From positions 13,173-77,172 of the forward strand of contig JBAZJG010000001.1 of NCBI GenBank assembly GCA_041651455.1: DNA of 64,000 nt, read 5' to 3'. Made by a program: the position numbers and the translations under genes. The notes under the pieces are model-generated. The model ran no database searches. It was given only the letters and a program-made list of their open reading frames with translations, and had not been told where the DNA came from. Each line of letters begins with the position of its first letter. The stretch's first letter is position 1. The DNA comes from Candidatus Omnitrophota bacterium. GTDB taxonomy: Bacteria > Omnitrophota > Gorgyraeia > Pluralincolimonadales > Pluralincolimonadaceae. Below, in pieces: positions 28,218 to 40,440 of the stretch.

Positions 28218-28293
28218 GCGGGTGTAGCTCAGTTGGTAGAGCGCTACCTTGCCAAGGTAGTTGTCGACGGTTCGATCCCGTTCACCCGCTCCA
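28218..28293 (+). tRNA. tRNA-Gly (anticodon GCC)
   Basis: Acceptor GCGGGTG/CACCCGC, D-arm GCTCAGTTGGTAGAGC, anticodon stem-loop CTACC-TTGCCAA-GGTAG, T-arm GACGG-TTCGATC-CCGTT, and an encoded CCA. Confidence 0.9.
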
Positions 28294-28324
28294 TTTCCAA
28301 AACACTTTTTAGGAGGAAGCCGCA

Positions 28325-28789
28325 ATGAAGATAATGGACTTTCTTAACCCGGATGCTGTTACCGCAGATCTTCAGGCGAAGACAAAGGAAGACGCGATAA
28401 AAGAACTCGTCGACCTCCTGACCAAGGCCGGAGCCGTGAAAGAGAAGGACAAGCTGGCGAAGATACTCATGAGCCGCGAGGCGCTGGGTTCGACCGGCAT
28501 CGGTTCGGGCGTAGGCATACCCCACGGGAAATGCGACGGGGTAAAGGAGTTGACGGCCGCGTTCGCGCTCTCCCCGAGGGGAGTGAATTTCGATTCCCTC
28601 GACGGCGAACCCGTGCATATCTTCTTCCTGCTTGTCGCGCCGCAAGATTCGGCGGGCCCCCACCTCAAAGCGCTGGCTAGGATATCACGCCTGCTCAAGG
28701 ACAGGGTCTTCCGCGAATCCCTCAAGCAATGCAAAGACGAGAAGAGCATCCTGCGACTCATCGAAGACGAAGATACGAAGCGCCACTAA
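28325..28789 (+). CDS. ptsN: PTS EIIA(Ntr)-type nitrogen regulatory protein
   Basis: 154-aa PTS_EIIA_2 fold with the phosphorylatable His in GIGSGVGIPHGK. An AGGAGG ribosome-binding site lies upstream. Confidence 0.75.
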   Translation: MKIMDFLNPDAVTADLQAKTKEDAIKELVDLLTKAGAVKEKDKLAKILMSREALGSTGIGSGVGIPHGKCDGVKELTAAFALSPRGVNFDSLDGEPVHIFFLLVAPQDSAGPHLKALARISRLLKDRVFRESLKQCKDEKSILRLIEDEDTKRH

Positions 28790-28814
28790 ACTGATTTCCC
28801 GAAAAGGATAAGAG

Positions 28815-30092
28815 ATGCGGTGGTTTAAGTGGTTATATCCGGGTATGAGGATAAAGAGGTGGATATTCCTCTTCACCCTCGGTATATCCGCGGTAATGTT
28901 TGCCGCGGGCTTCCTGTGGTTTGGTTACGAAAGATATTCAGCGACACATAAAGCGAATTACCTGGTCTTTGGCACGCTGCTTTTCAGCGCCGGCATCATC
29001 ATGATGACGATAGGAATAAGGAAGATGGTCAAGTCGTTCGTGACGGTCTTCCTGCCGCGCCGCGAGAAGGACCTTGTTGATATCATATTCAGGCAGAGGC
29101 AGCTCTCGAAGGGCCCGAAGATAGCCGTCATAGGCGGAGGGACGGGGCTTTCGGTATTGCTGCACGGCCTGAAGGAAGTGACGTCGAATATAACGGCGAT
29201 CGTGACGGTCGCTGACGACGGCGGAAGCTCGGGAAGGCTCAGGACGGAGTTCGATGTCCTGCCGCCCGGCGATATACGCAACTGCCTCGTCGCGCTTGCC
29301 GACGCCGAAGGCCTCATGAGGGAGCTCTTCCAGTACAGGTTTACGGAGGGCGAAGGCCTCAAGGGGCACAGCTTCGGGAACCTTTTCATAACCGCCCTCT
29401 CGAAGATCACGGGGGATTTCGACAAGGCGATAAAGGAATCGAGCAAGGTACTCGCGATACGCGGGAGCGTAGTGCCGTCGACCCTCGAGAAGGTGACGCT
29501 GGTAGCGAAAAGGGCGGACGGGACGGAGACGTCGGGCGAAAGCACGATACCCGTGGTCACAACGCCGTCGGGCAGCAAGGTAAGCCCGATAAAGAAGGTC
29601 TACCTGAAGCCCGACAACGCGAAGGCGACACCTGAAGCGCTGCTCGCGATAAAGGAAGCGGACGCGATAGTGCTCGGGCCGGGAAGTTTATATACCAGCA
29701 TACTTCCGAACCTGCTGGTCAACGGCATAGTCGAAGAGATATTAAGGTCTCGCGCGGTAAAGATATATATTTGCAACGTCATGACCCAGCACGGCGAGAC
29801 GGACGGTTTCAAGGCGTCGGACCACCTTGAGGCGCTGCTGAAGCAGACGCACCACGCGCTGGTGGATTACATGATAATCAATTCGGCGAAGATACCGGAA
29901 GGCCTGAAGGAAAAATACGGGTCGGAGACGGCCTTCCCTGTAGAGCCGGACACGAAGAAGATACGCGAGATAGGCGTAGGGGTCGTCGAAGGCGACATGA
30001 TAACAGTCGACGATTATGTAAGGCATAACGCCGAGAAGATATCGAAGAGGATACTCGACCTCATTTATGAGGTCAGGGGCACGGGGGCGTAA
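28815..30092 (+). CDS. yvcK: YvcK/CofD-family gluconeogenesis-factor-like protein with an N-terminal two-TM extension
   Basis: KIAVIGGGTGLSVLLHGLK...TAIVTVADDGGSSGRLR is typical of UPF0052/YvcK. Two hydrophobic helices precede it in the first ~90 aa. Confidence 0.75.
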   Translation: MRWFKWLYPGMRIKRWIFLFTLGISAVMFAAGFLWFGYERYSATHKANYLVFGTLLFSAGIIMMTIGIRKMVKSFVTVFLPRREKDLVDIIFRQRQLSKGPKIAVIGGGTGLSVLLHGLKEVTSNITAIVTVADDGGSSGRLRTEFDVLPPGDIRNCLVALADAEGLMRELFQYRFTEGEGLKGHSFGNLFITALSKITGDFDKAIKESSKVLAIRGSVVPSTLEKVTLVAKRADGTETSGESTIPVVTTPSGSKVSPIKKVYLKPDNAKATPEALLAIKEADAIVLGPGSLYTSILPNLLVNGIVEEILRSRAVKIYICNVMTQHGETDGFKASDHLEALLKQTHHALVDYMIINSAKIPEGLKEKYGSETAFPVEPDTKKIREIGVGVVEGDMITVDDYVRHNAEKISKRILDLIYEVRGTGA

Positions 30093-32110
30093 TGGGGCGG
30101 GGAACAATAGATCTTTTGATGGCGGTACACTCACACCAGCCTGAAGGCAATTTCGAGTGGGTGTTCGCGGAATCGTATGAGAAGTCGTACCTGCCGTTCC
30201 TTGAGATGCTCTACGGGCACCCGCAGCTAAAGATGTCGCTGCATTATTCCGGGTGTTTACTTGACTGGATCGAGCAAAAACATCCGGAATTCATAAAGAT
30301 GCTCAGGGAGATGGTAAGCCGCGGCCAGGTCGAGATGCTCGGCGGCGGTTATTACGAGCCGATACTGACGCTTATACCGGAGAGGGATATCCTCGGCCAG
30401 GTAAAGCTGATGAACGACAGGCTCAGGGAGCTGACGGGAAAGCCGGCGCAGGGGATTTGGCTTACCGAGAGGGTCTGGGAGCCGACATTGATAAAGCCGC
30501 TCGCGAAAGCGGGCGTAAAGTTCGCGATAGTCGACGATTGGCATTTCTCGTACGTCGGGCAGAAACCGGACGAGACGTCGGGCTATTACGTGACCGAGGA
30601 TGACGGCTCGAAGCTGTTCATATTCCCCGGCTCTGAGAAGCTGAGGTACATGATGCCTTTCAAGCTCCCGCACGAGACGGTCGATTATATGAGGGAGCAG
30701 AAGGACCGCGGGACGGCCTCGAAGATATTCGCCGATGACGGAGAGAAGTTCGGCGTTTGGCCGGGCACGCATAAATGGGTTTACGAAGAGAACTGGCTCC
30801 GGAACTTTTTCGGTGCCATAGGGAACGAGCAGTCGTGGCTAAAGACGACGCTCTTCTCGGATTATATAAGAGATAACGGGCCGACCGGCAGGATATACCT
30901 GACCGGCGCGAGCTACCGCGAGATGATGGAATGGAGCGGCGGGTATTTCAAGAATTTCCTTGTAAAATACCCGGAATCGAACAGCATGCAGAAGAAGATG
31001 CAGTTCGTAAGCGGGCTTGTCGCGGCATCAAAGACAGCCGCGACAAAGAGGGCGCTCGAATATGTCTACAAGAGCCAGTGCAATTGCGCGTACTGGCACG
31101 GGGTCTTCGGCGGGCTGTACCTGAACCACCTGCGTTCGGCGGTGTATTCGAATATCATAAAGGCGCAGAAGGAGCTCGACAAGGCCGCGCATAAGAAGGC
31201 GGACTGGACCGAGGCAGTAGAGACGGATTTTGATTGCGATTCGTACGACGAAGTGCTCGTCTCCAACTCGAAAATAGAGCTGGACATGTCGCCGCATAAC
31301 GGCGGGACGATCTTTGAACTGGATTTCAAGCCGCTCGCGCTTAACATGACCAATACGCTCACGAGGCGCAAGGAGCAGTACCACGAGAAGGCGCTTCAGA
31401 AAGCGAAAGAGGCGCAGGCAGGCAAGAAGTCCGACGGCATAGATTCGATACACGATATATCGAGGGCGAAGGACGCCGAGCTTGTAGCGGACCTCAGTTA
31501 TGACTGGTACAGGAGGGTTTCGCTTATAGACCATTTACTGAAAGAGGGGACGACGGTAAAGGATTTTGCCGCGTCGAAGTACGGCGAGGCCGGCGATTTC
31601 GTGGACGGAGAGTATAAGCACAGCATAAAGAAGGGCAAGGCCGGCGCGGCTGCCGCGGTCAGCGTTGTTATGGTACGCGACGGGAATTACTACGGCGCGG
31701 ACGGGGCCGCGAACGGCATGAGGATATCGAAGACGGTGACGTTGAAGCCGAATAAGGCGGCATTCGACGTGGAATATACGCTGACGAACACCGGAAGCAG
31801 GGAGATAGCGCCGAGGTTCGGCATAGAGTTCAGTTTCTCGCTGAAGGACCCGCACCTGAACAGGGTAGGCGAGGCGTCGGGGATCAGGAATATCTGCGTG
31901 AACGACCAGTGGTACGGGGTGAAGGCGGAATTCGAGTTCTCGAAGGAGGCGTCGTTCTGGTACTTCCCGATAGAGACGGTATCTGACTCGGAGCAGGGCC
32001 TCGAGAGGACATACCAGGAGATAGCGATGCTGTTCCACTGGGATGTGAAGCTGGCGCCGGGCGGGACATGGAATATGAAATTTACGGAAAACATCAAAAT
32101 AGAGGAATAA
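30092..32110 (+). CDS. Glycoside hydrolase family 57 alpha-glucan enzyme (branching enzyme or amylase-like)
   Basis: The N-terminus LLMAVHSHQPEGNFEWVFAESYEKSYLPFLEMLYGHPQLKMSLHYSGCLLDWI is the GH57 signature. 672 aa. Confidence 0.7.
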   Translation: MGRGTIDLLMAVHSHQPEGNFEWVFAESYEKSYLPFLEMLYGHPQLKMSLHYSGCLLDWIEQKHPEFIKMLREMVSRGQVEMLGGGYYEPILTLIPERDILGQVKLMNDRLRELTGKPAQGIWLTERVWEPTLIKPLAKAGVKFAIVDDWHFSYVGQKPDETSGYYVTEDDGSKLFIFPGSEKLRYMMPFKLPHETVDYMREQKDRGTASKIFADDGEKFGVWPGTHKWVYEENWLRNFFGAIGNEQSWLKTTLFSDYIRDNGPTGRIYLTGASYREMMEWSGGYFKNFLVKYPESNSMQKKMQFVSGLVAASKTAATKRALEYVYKSQCNCAYWHGVFGGLYLNHLRSAVYSNIIKAQKELDKAAHKKADWTEAVETDFDCDSYDEVLVSNSKIELDMSPHNGGTIFELDFKPLALNMTNTLTRRKEQYHEKALQKAKEAQAGKKSDGIDSIHDISRAKDAELVADLSYDWYRRVSLIDHLLKEGTTVKDFAASKYGEAGDFVDGEYKHSIKKGKAGAAAAVSVVMVRDGNYYGADGAANGMRISKTVTLKPNKAAFDVEYTLTNTGSREIAPRFGIEFSFSLKDPHLNRVGEASGIRNICVNDQWYGVKAEFEFSKEASFWYFPIETVSDSEQGLERTYQEIAMLFHWDVKLAPGGTWNMKFTENIKIEE

Positions 32111-32111
32111 G

Positions 32112-32399
32112 ATGATAGCGGAAAAGAAAATAACCATAAAGAACAAGTCGGGGCTCCACGCGAGGCCTGCCGCTGTCTTTGTGCAGATAGCTAACAAATA
32201 CGACTCGGAGGTCATCGTCAAGAAGGGCAAGCTCGAGGTCAACGGCAAGTCCATCATGGGGATACTTATGCTTGCCGCCGGAAAGAACAGCCAGGTCACG
32301 CTGAAGATAGACGGCGAGGACGCAGAGCAGGCGATGACGGAACTTGAACAGGTATTGTCGGGCGACCTCGACGCGCCCGAGACAAGTAAAGCGAGGTAA
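32112..32399 (+). CDS. ptsH: Phosphocarrier protein HPr
   Basis: 95 aa with the active-site His in KNKSGLHARPAAVFV. Confidence 0.85.
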   Translation: MIAEKKITIKNKSGLHARPAAVFVQIANKYDSEVIVKKGKLEVNGKSIMGILMLAAGKNSQVTLKIDGEDAEQAMTELEQVLSGDLDAPETSKAR

Positions 32400-32402
32400 C
32401 GG

Positions 32403-34139
32403 ATGCTACTGAAGGGTATCGCGGCATCTCCCGGTATCGCGATAGGGAAGGTCTTCATATTAGACAGCGAGACCTATACCATAATCAAGCGCGAGATAGA
32501 AGAGAAGGACCTGCCGAAAGAGATCGCGCGTTTTGAGGATGCCCTTATCCAGACGAGGCAGGAGATACTCGGTATACAGGAGCGCATCTCCGACCAGCTC
32601 GGCATAAAGCACGCCGAGATATTCAACGCCCACCTGCTTGTCCTTGAAGACCGCACGCTCATAGAAGAGGTCATATCACGGCTTAAGAAGGACCTCGTCT
32701 GCGTAGAATACATATTCGACGATGTGCTGAAGAGGTATATGGCCGCGTTCCAGAAGGTCGAGGACGAATACCTCAAGGAGCGCGTCGCCGACATCCGCGA
32801 TATAGGCAAGAGGGTGCTCAACCACCTGCTCGGCAAGAAGCGCGAGACGCTCGCCGACATTAAGGAGAAGGTCGTCCTCGTAGCGTATGACCTTTCGCCG
32901 TCGGATACCGCGTCGCTGCACAAGAAGAACGTCATCGCTTTCGCGACTGATATAGGCGGCAAGACATCGCATACCGCCATCATGGCGAAGGCGCTCGAGA
33001 TACCCGCCGTAGTAGGCCTTAAGTCGATAACCTTGAACGTCAAGAGCGGCGACACGCTTATCGTCGACGGCTCGAACGGCGTAGTCATACTCAATCCCGA
33101 CCAGGAGACCCTTTCAAAATACGAGCAGGAGAAGACGAAGTTCGCGGAAGTGGACGCATCGCTGGTCCAGTTGCGCGACCTGCCTTGCGTCACTCCCGAC
33201 GGCCGCACGATACACCTGGCCGCGAACATAGAGATACCCGACGAGGTCGCGTCAGTGAAGTCGCACGGCGCGAACGGGATCGGGCTCTACAGGACGGAGT
33301 TCTTCTATCTCGACCGCACGGATTTCCCGACCGAAGAGGAGCAGTTCCAGTCGTATAGGAGCGTCGCTGAGCAGATGTCCCCGAACCCGGTCATAGTCAG
33401 GACGCTCGACCTCGGCGGAGATAAGTTCATGTCGCAGCTGAAGGTACCGAAGGAGATGAACCCGTTCATGGGATGGAGGGCGATAAGGTTCTGCCTGGCC
33501 CGTCCCGACATATTCAAGATACAGCTCAGGGCGATAATGAGGGCCTCGGCGCACGGGAAGCTAAAGATTATGTACCCGATGATATCGGGCATAGAAGAAG
33601 TCCGCGAAGCTAACAAATTGCTCGCCGAGATAAAGGACGAGCTCAGGCGCGAGGGAGTGCCGTTCGACGAGAACGTCGAGGTCGGCGTAATGATAGAGGT
33701 GCCTTCGGCCGCGCTTACCGCGGACATACTCGCGCGCGAGATCAGTTTCTTCTCGATAGGCACGAACGACCTGATACAGTATTCGCTCGCGGTCGACAGG
33801 GTCAACGAGAAGATCGCATACCTTTACGAGCCGGCGCATCCGGCGGTGCTGAGGCTCATCAAGAACGTTATAGACACGGGCCATAAGCACAATATATGGG
33901 TCGGCATGTGCGGCGAGATGGCCGGCGAGGCCGCGTTCACGCTGCTGCTCTTAGGGCTGGGCCTCGATGAGTTCTCGACAAGCCCCGTTAATATACCGAG
34001 GATAAAGCAGATCATAAGGTCGGTGGACTACAGCGCGGCGCAGAAGATAGCCGATGAAGCGATGGGATTGTCCACCGGCGCGGAGATAGAGGAATTTGCG
34101 AACATGAAGCTGAGGCAGTTAGTGCCCGGCATGGCGTAG
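32403..34139 (+). CDS. ptsI: Phosphoenolpyruvate-protein phosphotransferase (Enzyme I)
   Basis: 578 aa with the phospho-His region GGKTSHTAIMAKALEIPAVVG and the C-terminal PEP-utilising TIM barrel. Confidence 0.9.
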   Translation: MLLKGIAASPGIAIGKVFILDSETYTIIKREIEEKDLPKEIARFEDALIQTRQEILGIQERISDQLGIKHAEIFNAHLLVLEDRTLIEEVISRLKKDLVCVEYIFDDVLKRYMAAFQKVEDEYLKERVADIRDIGKRVLNHLLGKKRETLADIKEKVVLVAYDLSPSDTASLHKKNVIAFATDIGGKTSHTAIMAKALEIPAVVGLKSITLNVKSGDTLIVDGSNGVVILNPDQETLSKYEQEKTKFAEVDASLVQLRDLPCVTPDGRTIHLAANIEIPDEVASVKSHGANGIGLYRTEFFYLDRTDFPTEEEQFQSYRSVAEQMSPNPVIVRTLDLGGDKFMSQLKVPKEMNPFMGWRAIRFCLARPDIFKIQLRAIMRASAHGKLKIMYPMISGIEEVREANKLLAEIKDELRREGVPFDENVEVGVMIEVPSAALTADILAREISFFSIGTNDLIQYSLAVDRVNEKIAYLYEPAHPAVLRLIKNVIDTGHKHNIWVGMCGEMAGEAAFTLLLLGLGLDEFSTSPVNIPRIKQIIRSVDYSAAQKIADEAMGLSTGAEIEEFANMKLRQLVPGMA

Positions 34140-34152
34140 AAAGGGAGCGGAG

Positions 34153-35235
34153 ATGGCGTCGTTGGACGATATAGGGCAGGTAAAAAGCGTAGACAAGTCG
34201 GATATGCTCGGGCTTATCACGGGGTTCCCGGAACAATGCGAGCGGGCGTACTCGATAGGGTGCGATTTCCAGGTCCCGCAGTCGTATGTCGGTGCGGGAT
34301 ACAGGAACATCGTCTTCTCGGGCCTCGGCGGCTCCGCTATAGGCGCGGACCTGCTGCGCTCATACCTTATCGACGACATCAGGATACCGATATATGTAAG
34401 CAGGGATTATACGCTCCCGAAGTTCGTGGGCAGGGACACGCTCTTTCTCGCGTGCAGCTATTCCGGCGATACGGAAGAGACGCTCTCGTCGTACGCGGAA
34501 GCGAAGGACAAGGGCGCAAGGATAATAGTAATATCATCGGGCGGTAAGCTCGAGGTACTCGCGAAGGAAGACAAGGTACCGGTCATATATATACCGAAGG
34601 GGCATCCTCCGAGGACGGCGCTCGGGTATTCGTTCTTCTGCTGGCTCGATGTGCTGTATAAGCTCGGGTTCATAAGCGACAGGGCGCGCGACGCGGAAGA
34701 GGCGATTGCCGCCATGAAGGAACTCAGGGACAGGTCCATAGGCCCGGATATAGCGGCGCCAAAGAACGAGGCGAAGAAGATCGCGCAGGCGGTCAGCGGG
34801 AAATACGTGGTGATATACGGCGCGAACAAGCACATCGATTCGGTGGTGCTTAGGTGGAGGGGCCAGATAGAGGAGAACGCGAAGACGCTCGCGTCGACCC
34901 ACGTCTTCCCCGAGCTCAACCATAACGAGACCGTCGGATGGGAAGGGCCCAAGGCGCTGCTCAAGGATTTTATAGTCGTGATATTGAGGGACAGCAGCGA
35001 ACACCCGCGGGTCGCGAAGAGGATAGAGATAACGAAGTCGATGATCGAGCCCGGCACGAAGGTCATAGAGCTCGGCCTTAACGGCAAGCCCGGGGCTGGA
35101 TTGCTCTCGCGCATGTTCAACCTGATATATACCGGGGATTTCGTAAGCTATTACCTCGCGGTCCTGAACGGCATAGACCCGACGCCGGTAGACAGGATCG
35201 CATTCCTCAAGAAGGAACTGAGCAAAATAAGATGA
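34153..35235 (+). CDS. Bifunctional phosphoglucose/phosphomannose isomerase (SIS domain)
   Basis: 360 aa with two SIS-type segments (LFLACSYSGDTEET..., VVIYGANKHIDS...), typical of archaeal/bacterial PGI/PMI. Confidence 0.7.
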   Translation: MASLDDIGQVKSVDKSDMLGLITGFPEQCERAYSIGCDFQVPQSYVGAGYRNIVFSGLGGSAIGADLLRSYLIDDIRIPIYVSRDYTLPKFVGRDTLFLACSYSGDTEETLSSYAEAKDKGARIIVISSGGKLEVLAKEDKVPVIYIPKGHPPRTALGYSFFCWLDVLYKLGFISDRARDAEEAIAAMKELRDRSIGPDIAAPKNEAKKIAQAVSGKYVVIYGANKHIDSVVLRWRGQIEENAKTLASTHVFPELNHNETVGWEGPKALLKDFIVVILRDSSEHPRVAKRIEITKSMIEPGTKVIELGLNGKPGAGLLSRMFNLIYTGDFVSYYLAVLNGIDPTPVDRIAFLKKELSKIR

Positions 35236-35975
35236 AAGCGCTGATACTGGCGGCCGGATACGCGACAAGATTATATCCTTTGACGAAGGACAGGCCGAAA
35301 CCCCTGCTTCTCGTAGGCAAGGGCACTATCGTGGACTATCTCATAAAGAAACTGGAACAGATCCCGGAGATAGACACGATATATATCGTCACGAACAACA
35401 AGTTCTACGGCATATTCAGCGAATGGCAGAAGACCTGCAAGTCGAAGGTAAAGATCGTCATAGATAACGACGGAAGCATGACGAACGATGACAGGCTCGG
35501 TGCGATAGGCGACATAAAGCTTGTCCTCGAGAAGCAGAAGGTCTATGATGACATGATAGTGCTTGCCGGCGACAACATGTTCGACTGGAGCCTCCGGGAG
35601 TTCACGGATTTCGCGAAACAGAAACCGGACGCGTTCGCGCTCGGGGCGTATGACCTTAACGACAAGGCGAAGGCGTCGAACACCTACGGTGTAGTGGAGG
35701 TTGACGGGAACGGCAACATGGTGAATTTCCTCGAGAAGCCGGAGAACCCGCCGACTTCTATCATAGCGACAGGCATATATTATTTCCCGCAGGACAAGCT
35801 GAACATGATAGCGCAGTTCCTGAAGGTCGGCAACGAGAAGGACGCGCCCGGCCATCTTATACAGTGGATAAGCAAGGGTCAGGAAGTAAGGTGTTACGTA
35901 TTCAAGGGTGTATGGTTCGATATAGGGGACCTAGAATCCTACAGGAAAGCGAACCTGGCGTTCCAGGGAAAATAG
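35232..35975 (+). CDS. Sugar-phosphate nucleotidyltransferase (G1P thymidylyl-/M1P guanylyl-transferase-like)
   Basis: [18 protein letters not shown] is the NTP_transferase signature. Confidence 0.8.
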   Translation: MKALILAAGYATRLYPLTKDRPKPLLLVGKGTIVDYLIKKLEQIPEIDTIYIVTNNKFYGIFSEWQKTCKSKVKIVIDNDGSMTNDDRLGAIGDIKLVLEKQKVYDDMIVLAGDNMFDWSLREFTDFAKQKPDAFALGAYDLNDKAKASNTYGVVEVDGNGNMVNFLEKPENPPTSIIATGIYYFPQDKLNMIAQFLKVGNEKDAPGHLIQWISKGQEVRCYVFKGVWFDIGDLESYRKANLAFQGK

Positions 35976-35983
35976 GAGACAGA

Positions 35984-38397
<2,414 letters not shown>

Positions 38398-38415
38398 AGG
38401 AAAGGGAAGAAGAAG

Positions 38416-39342
38416 ATGGCGTTCATATCATCAAAACCGCTCTTCCAGAAGGCGTATAAGGAAGGTTATGCGGTAGGGGCATTTAACGTAAACGACATGG
38501 AGATTATCCAGGGCATCACCGAGGCGATAGCCGAGGCGAAGGCGCCGGTGATCCTCCAGGTCTCGGCCGGCGCGCGCAAGTACGCCCGCCACCAGTACCT
38601 TATCCATCTCGTGCAGGCCGCCATGGAGTGCACCGGGATAGACTGCGTATTGCACCTTGACCACGGCGAGGATTTTGAGATGTGCAAGTCGTGCGTCGAC
38701 GGCGGGTTCTCGTCCGTAATGATAGACGGTTCGAAATACCCGTTCGAGGAGAACATAAGGCTGACGAAGCAGGTCGTGGATTACGCGCACGCGAAGGGCG
38801 TTCCGGTCGAAGCTGAGCTCGGGAAGCTCGCGGGCGTGGAAGACAATATATCCGTAGCGGCGAAAGACGCGATCTATACGGATCCCGACCAGGCGGTCGA
38901 GTTCGTGAAGAAGACCGGCTGCGATTCGCTGGCGGTTGCCATAGGCACCAGCCACGGGGCCTACAAGTTCAAGGGCGAGCCGAAACTGGACTTCGAGCGC
39001 CTCGAGAAGATCAAGGGCCTGCTCCCGGGTTTCCCGCTTGTACTGCACGGCGCGTCATCGGCGCCTGCCGACCTCGTGAAGAAATGCAACGATTACGGCG
39101 GGCAGATACCCGGCGCGAGGGGTGTTCCCGAAGAGATGATATCCAGGGCGACGAAGATGGGCGTCTGCAAGGTCAACATAGATACCGACCTTCGTTTAGC
39201 CATGACAGGGGCCATACGCAAGGTGTTCGTCGAGACGCCGGGCGAGTTTGACCCGAGGAAATACCTCGGGCCCGCGCGCGACGCTATAAAGGAAGTCGTA
39301 AAGAGGAAGATAGGATTCCTCGGATGCGCAGGTAAAGCTTAA
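38416..39342 (+). CDS. fba: Class II fructose-/tagatose-bisphosphate aldolase
   Basis: GAFNVNDMEIIQGITEAIAEAKAPVILQVS...HLDHG...GTSHGAYKF. Confidence 0.85.
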   Translation: MAFISSKPLFQKAYKEGYAVGAFNVNDMEIIQGITEAIAEAKAPVILQVSAGARKYARHQYLIHLVQAAMECTGIDCVLHLDHGEDFEMCKSCVDGGFSSVMIDGSKYPFEENIRLTKQVVDYAHAKGVPVEAELGKLAGVEDNISVAAKDAIYTDPDQAVEFVKKTGCDSLAVAIGTSHGAYKFKGEPKLDFERLEKIKGLLPGFPLVLHGASSAPADLVKKCNDYGGQIPGARGVPEEMISRATKMGVCKVNIDTDLRLAMTGAIRKVFVETPGEFDPRKYLGPARDAIKEVVKRKIGFLGCAGKA

Positions 39343-39348
39343 ATAAGG

Positions 39349-40440
39349 TCAGGACCTGATCTCAGCAAGCAGGTATATTCCAAGGGCCGCGAATATCAAG
39401 TTCGCGGCCCATGCTGCTATTATGGGGGGGAGGAACCCGCCTTTGCCGAGCGCGAGGAAGAACGCGTTGGCGCCGTAGAATACGAGGGCTATGACAAGGG
39501 CAAGGCCCATGCTTGCCATCGCCTTCGACCTGGTCCTCTTAAGCGCGAACGGGATCCCAATAAGCATTATGACGACGCTCGTGAACGGCAAAGCTAACTT
39601 GTAGTGAAGGTCCACGAGCAGTTTTCTCGCGGTGGACTTGCTCTCGAGCGCGAGCAGGTGGATATAATCCCTCAACTGGGCGTAATTCATGAAATCGGGC
39701 TGGGTCTGCTTCTTCAGCAAGCTCTCGGGAGTCTCGTTGAAATCGATTATCTTGGGCGTCCGGAATATCGCGGGCTTGCCGAGCACGTTGCCGTCGCGGT
39801 CGAACCTGAATGAATCTGCTCCGTGGAATTTCCAGTTCTTGCCGGTCCATTCCATGCTGACCGCGGTGACCTTCCTTTTCAGGACCTGGTTATTGTCGTG
39901 GACCAGCATCACGACATCCTTCAATATTTTCGTATCAAGGTCGAATTCCCTCGCGTAGAAGAGCTTGCCGTCCCTGCCGAAGACGGTTATGTTCTCGATC
40001 TTGTCGCCTTTTTCCTTCTGGTCCTTGTCGAAGCGGAGCTCCTTGATGGTATTCGATATTACGGCCGACTCCGGGACGACCTTGTCGTTGACGAGGAATA
40101 CCGCCAGACTGATCGCGAACCCTAGGAGCAGGACAGGGGTGATGATACGCAGGGTATCTATGCCGCCCGCCCTTAAGGCGATTATCTCGTTATGGCGGTT
40201 CAGGTTCGAGAAGAGGAAGACGCACGCGAGCAGGACCGCGAAAGGCGTCGTCTGAACGAATATGAACGGCAGGGAAGCCAGGTAATACGTCCTTATGACG
40301 TCGAAGGGTATGTTGTTTTTTACGAGGTCGCTGAGGTGCCCGAGAAGGTCGCCGACGACATAAAGGAAAAGGAAGATGAAGAGGCAGTACAGGAACGGCC
40401 AGATGAAACCCCTCGTTATGTATTTGTCTATTATCTTCAT
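39349..40440 (-). CDS. lptG: LPS export ABC permease LptG (YjgP/YjgQ family)
   Basis: Predicted YjgP/YjgQ family topology (three N-terminal TM helices, a large periplasmic domain and a C-terminal TM bundle). The ATG at about 40440 overlaps the lptF stop (ATGA). Confidence 0.7.
   Translation of the reverse strand: MKIIDKYITRGFIWPFLYCLFIFLFLYVVGDLLGHLSDLVKNNIPFDVIRTYYLASLPFIFVQTTPFAVLLACVFLFSNLNRHNEIIALRAGGIDTLRIITPVLLLGFAISLAVFLVNDKVVPESAVISNTIKELRFDKDQKEKGDKIENITVFGRDGKLFYAREFDLDTKILKDVVMLVHDNNQVLKRKVTAVSMEWTGKNWKFHGADSFRFDRDGNVLGKPAIFRTPKIIDFNETPESLLKKQTQPDFMNYAQLRDYIHLLALESKSTARKLLVDLHYKLALPFTSVVIMLIGIPFALKRTRSKAMASMGLALVIALVFYGANAFFLALGKGGFLPPIIAAWAANLIFAALGIYLLAEIRS

Noticed and set aside
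35864-35983. N-terminal extension of the metK ORF (ORF track start at 35864), and a search for a SAM riboswitch upstream of metK
   Set aside because: The extension overlaps the nucleotidyltransferase gene, and the conserved MetK N-terminus begins at the ATG at 35984. Only 8 nt separate the two genes, leaving no room for a SAM riboswitch.
39344-39362. Weak hairpin (AGGTCAGGACCT) between convergent fba and lptG
   Set aside because: The stem is only 4-5 bp, with no T-run. That is insufficient to call a terminator.
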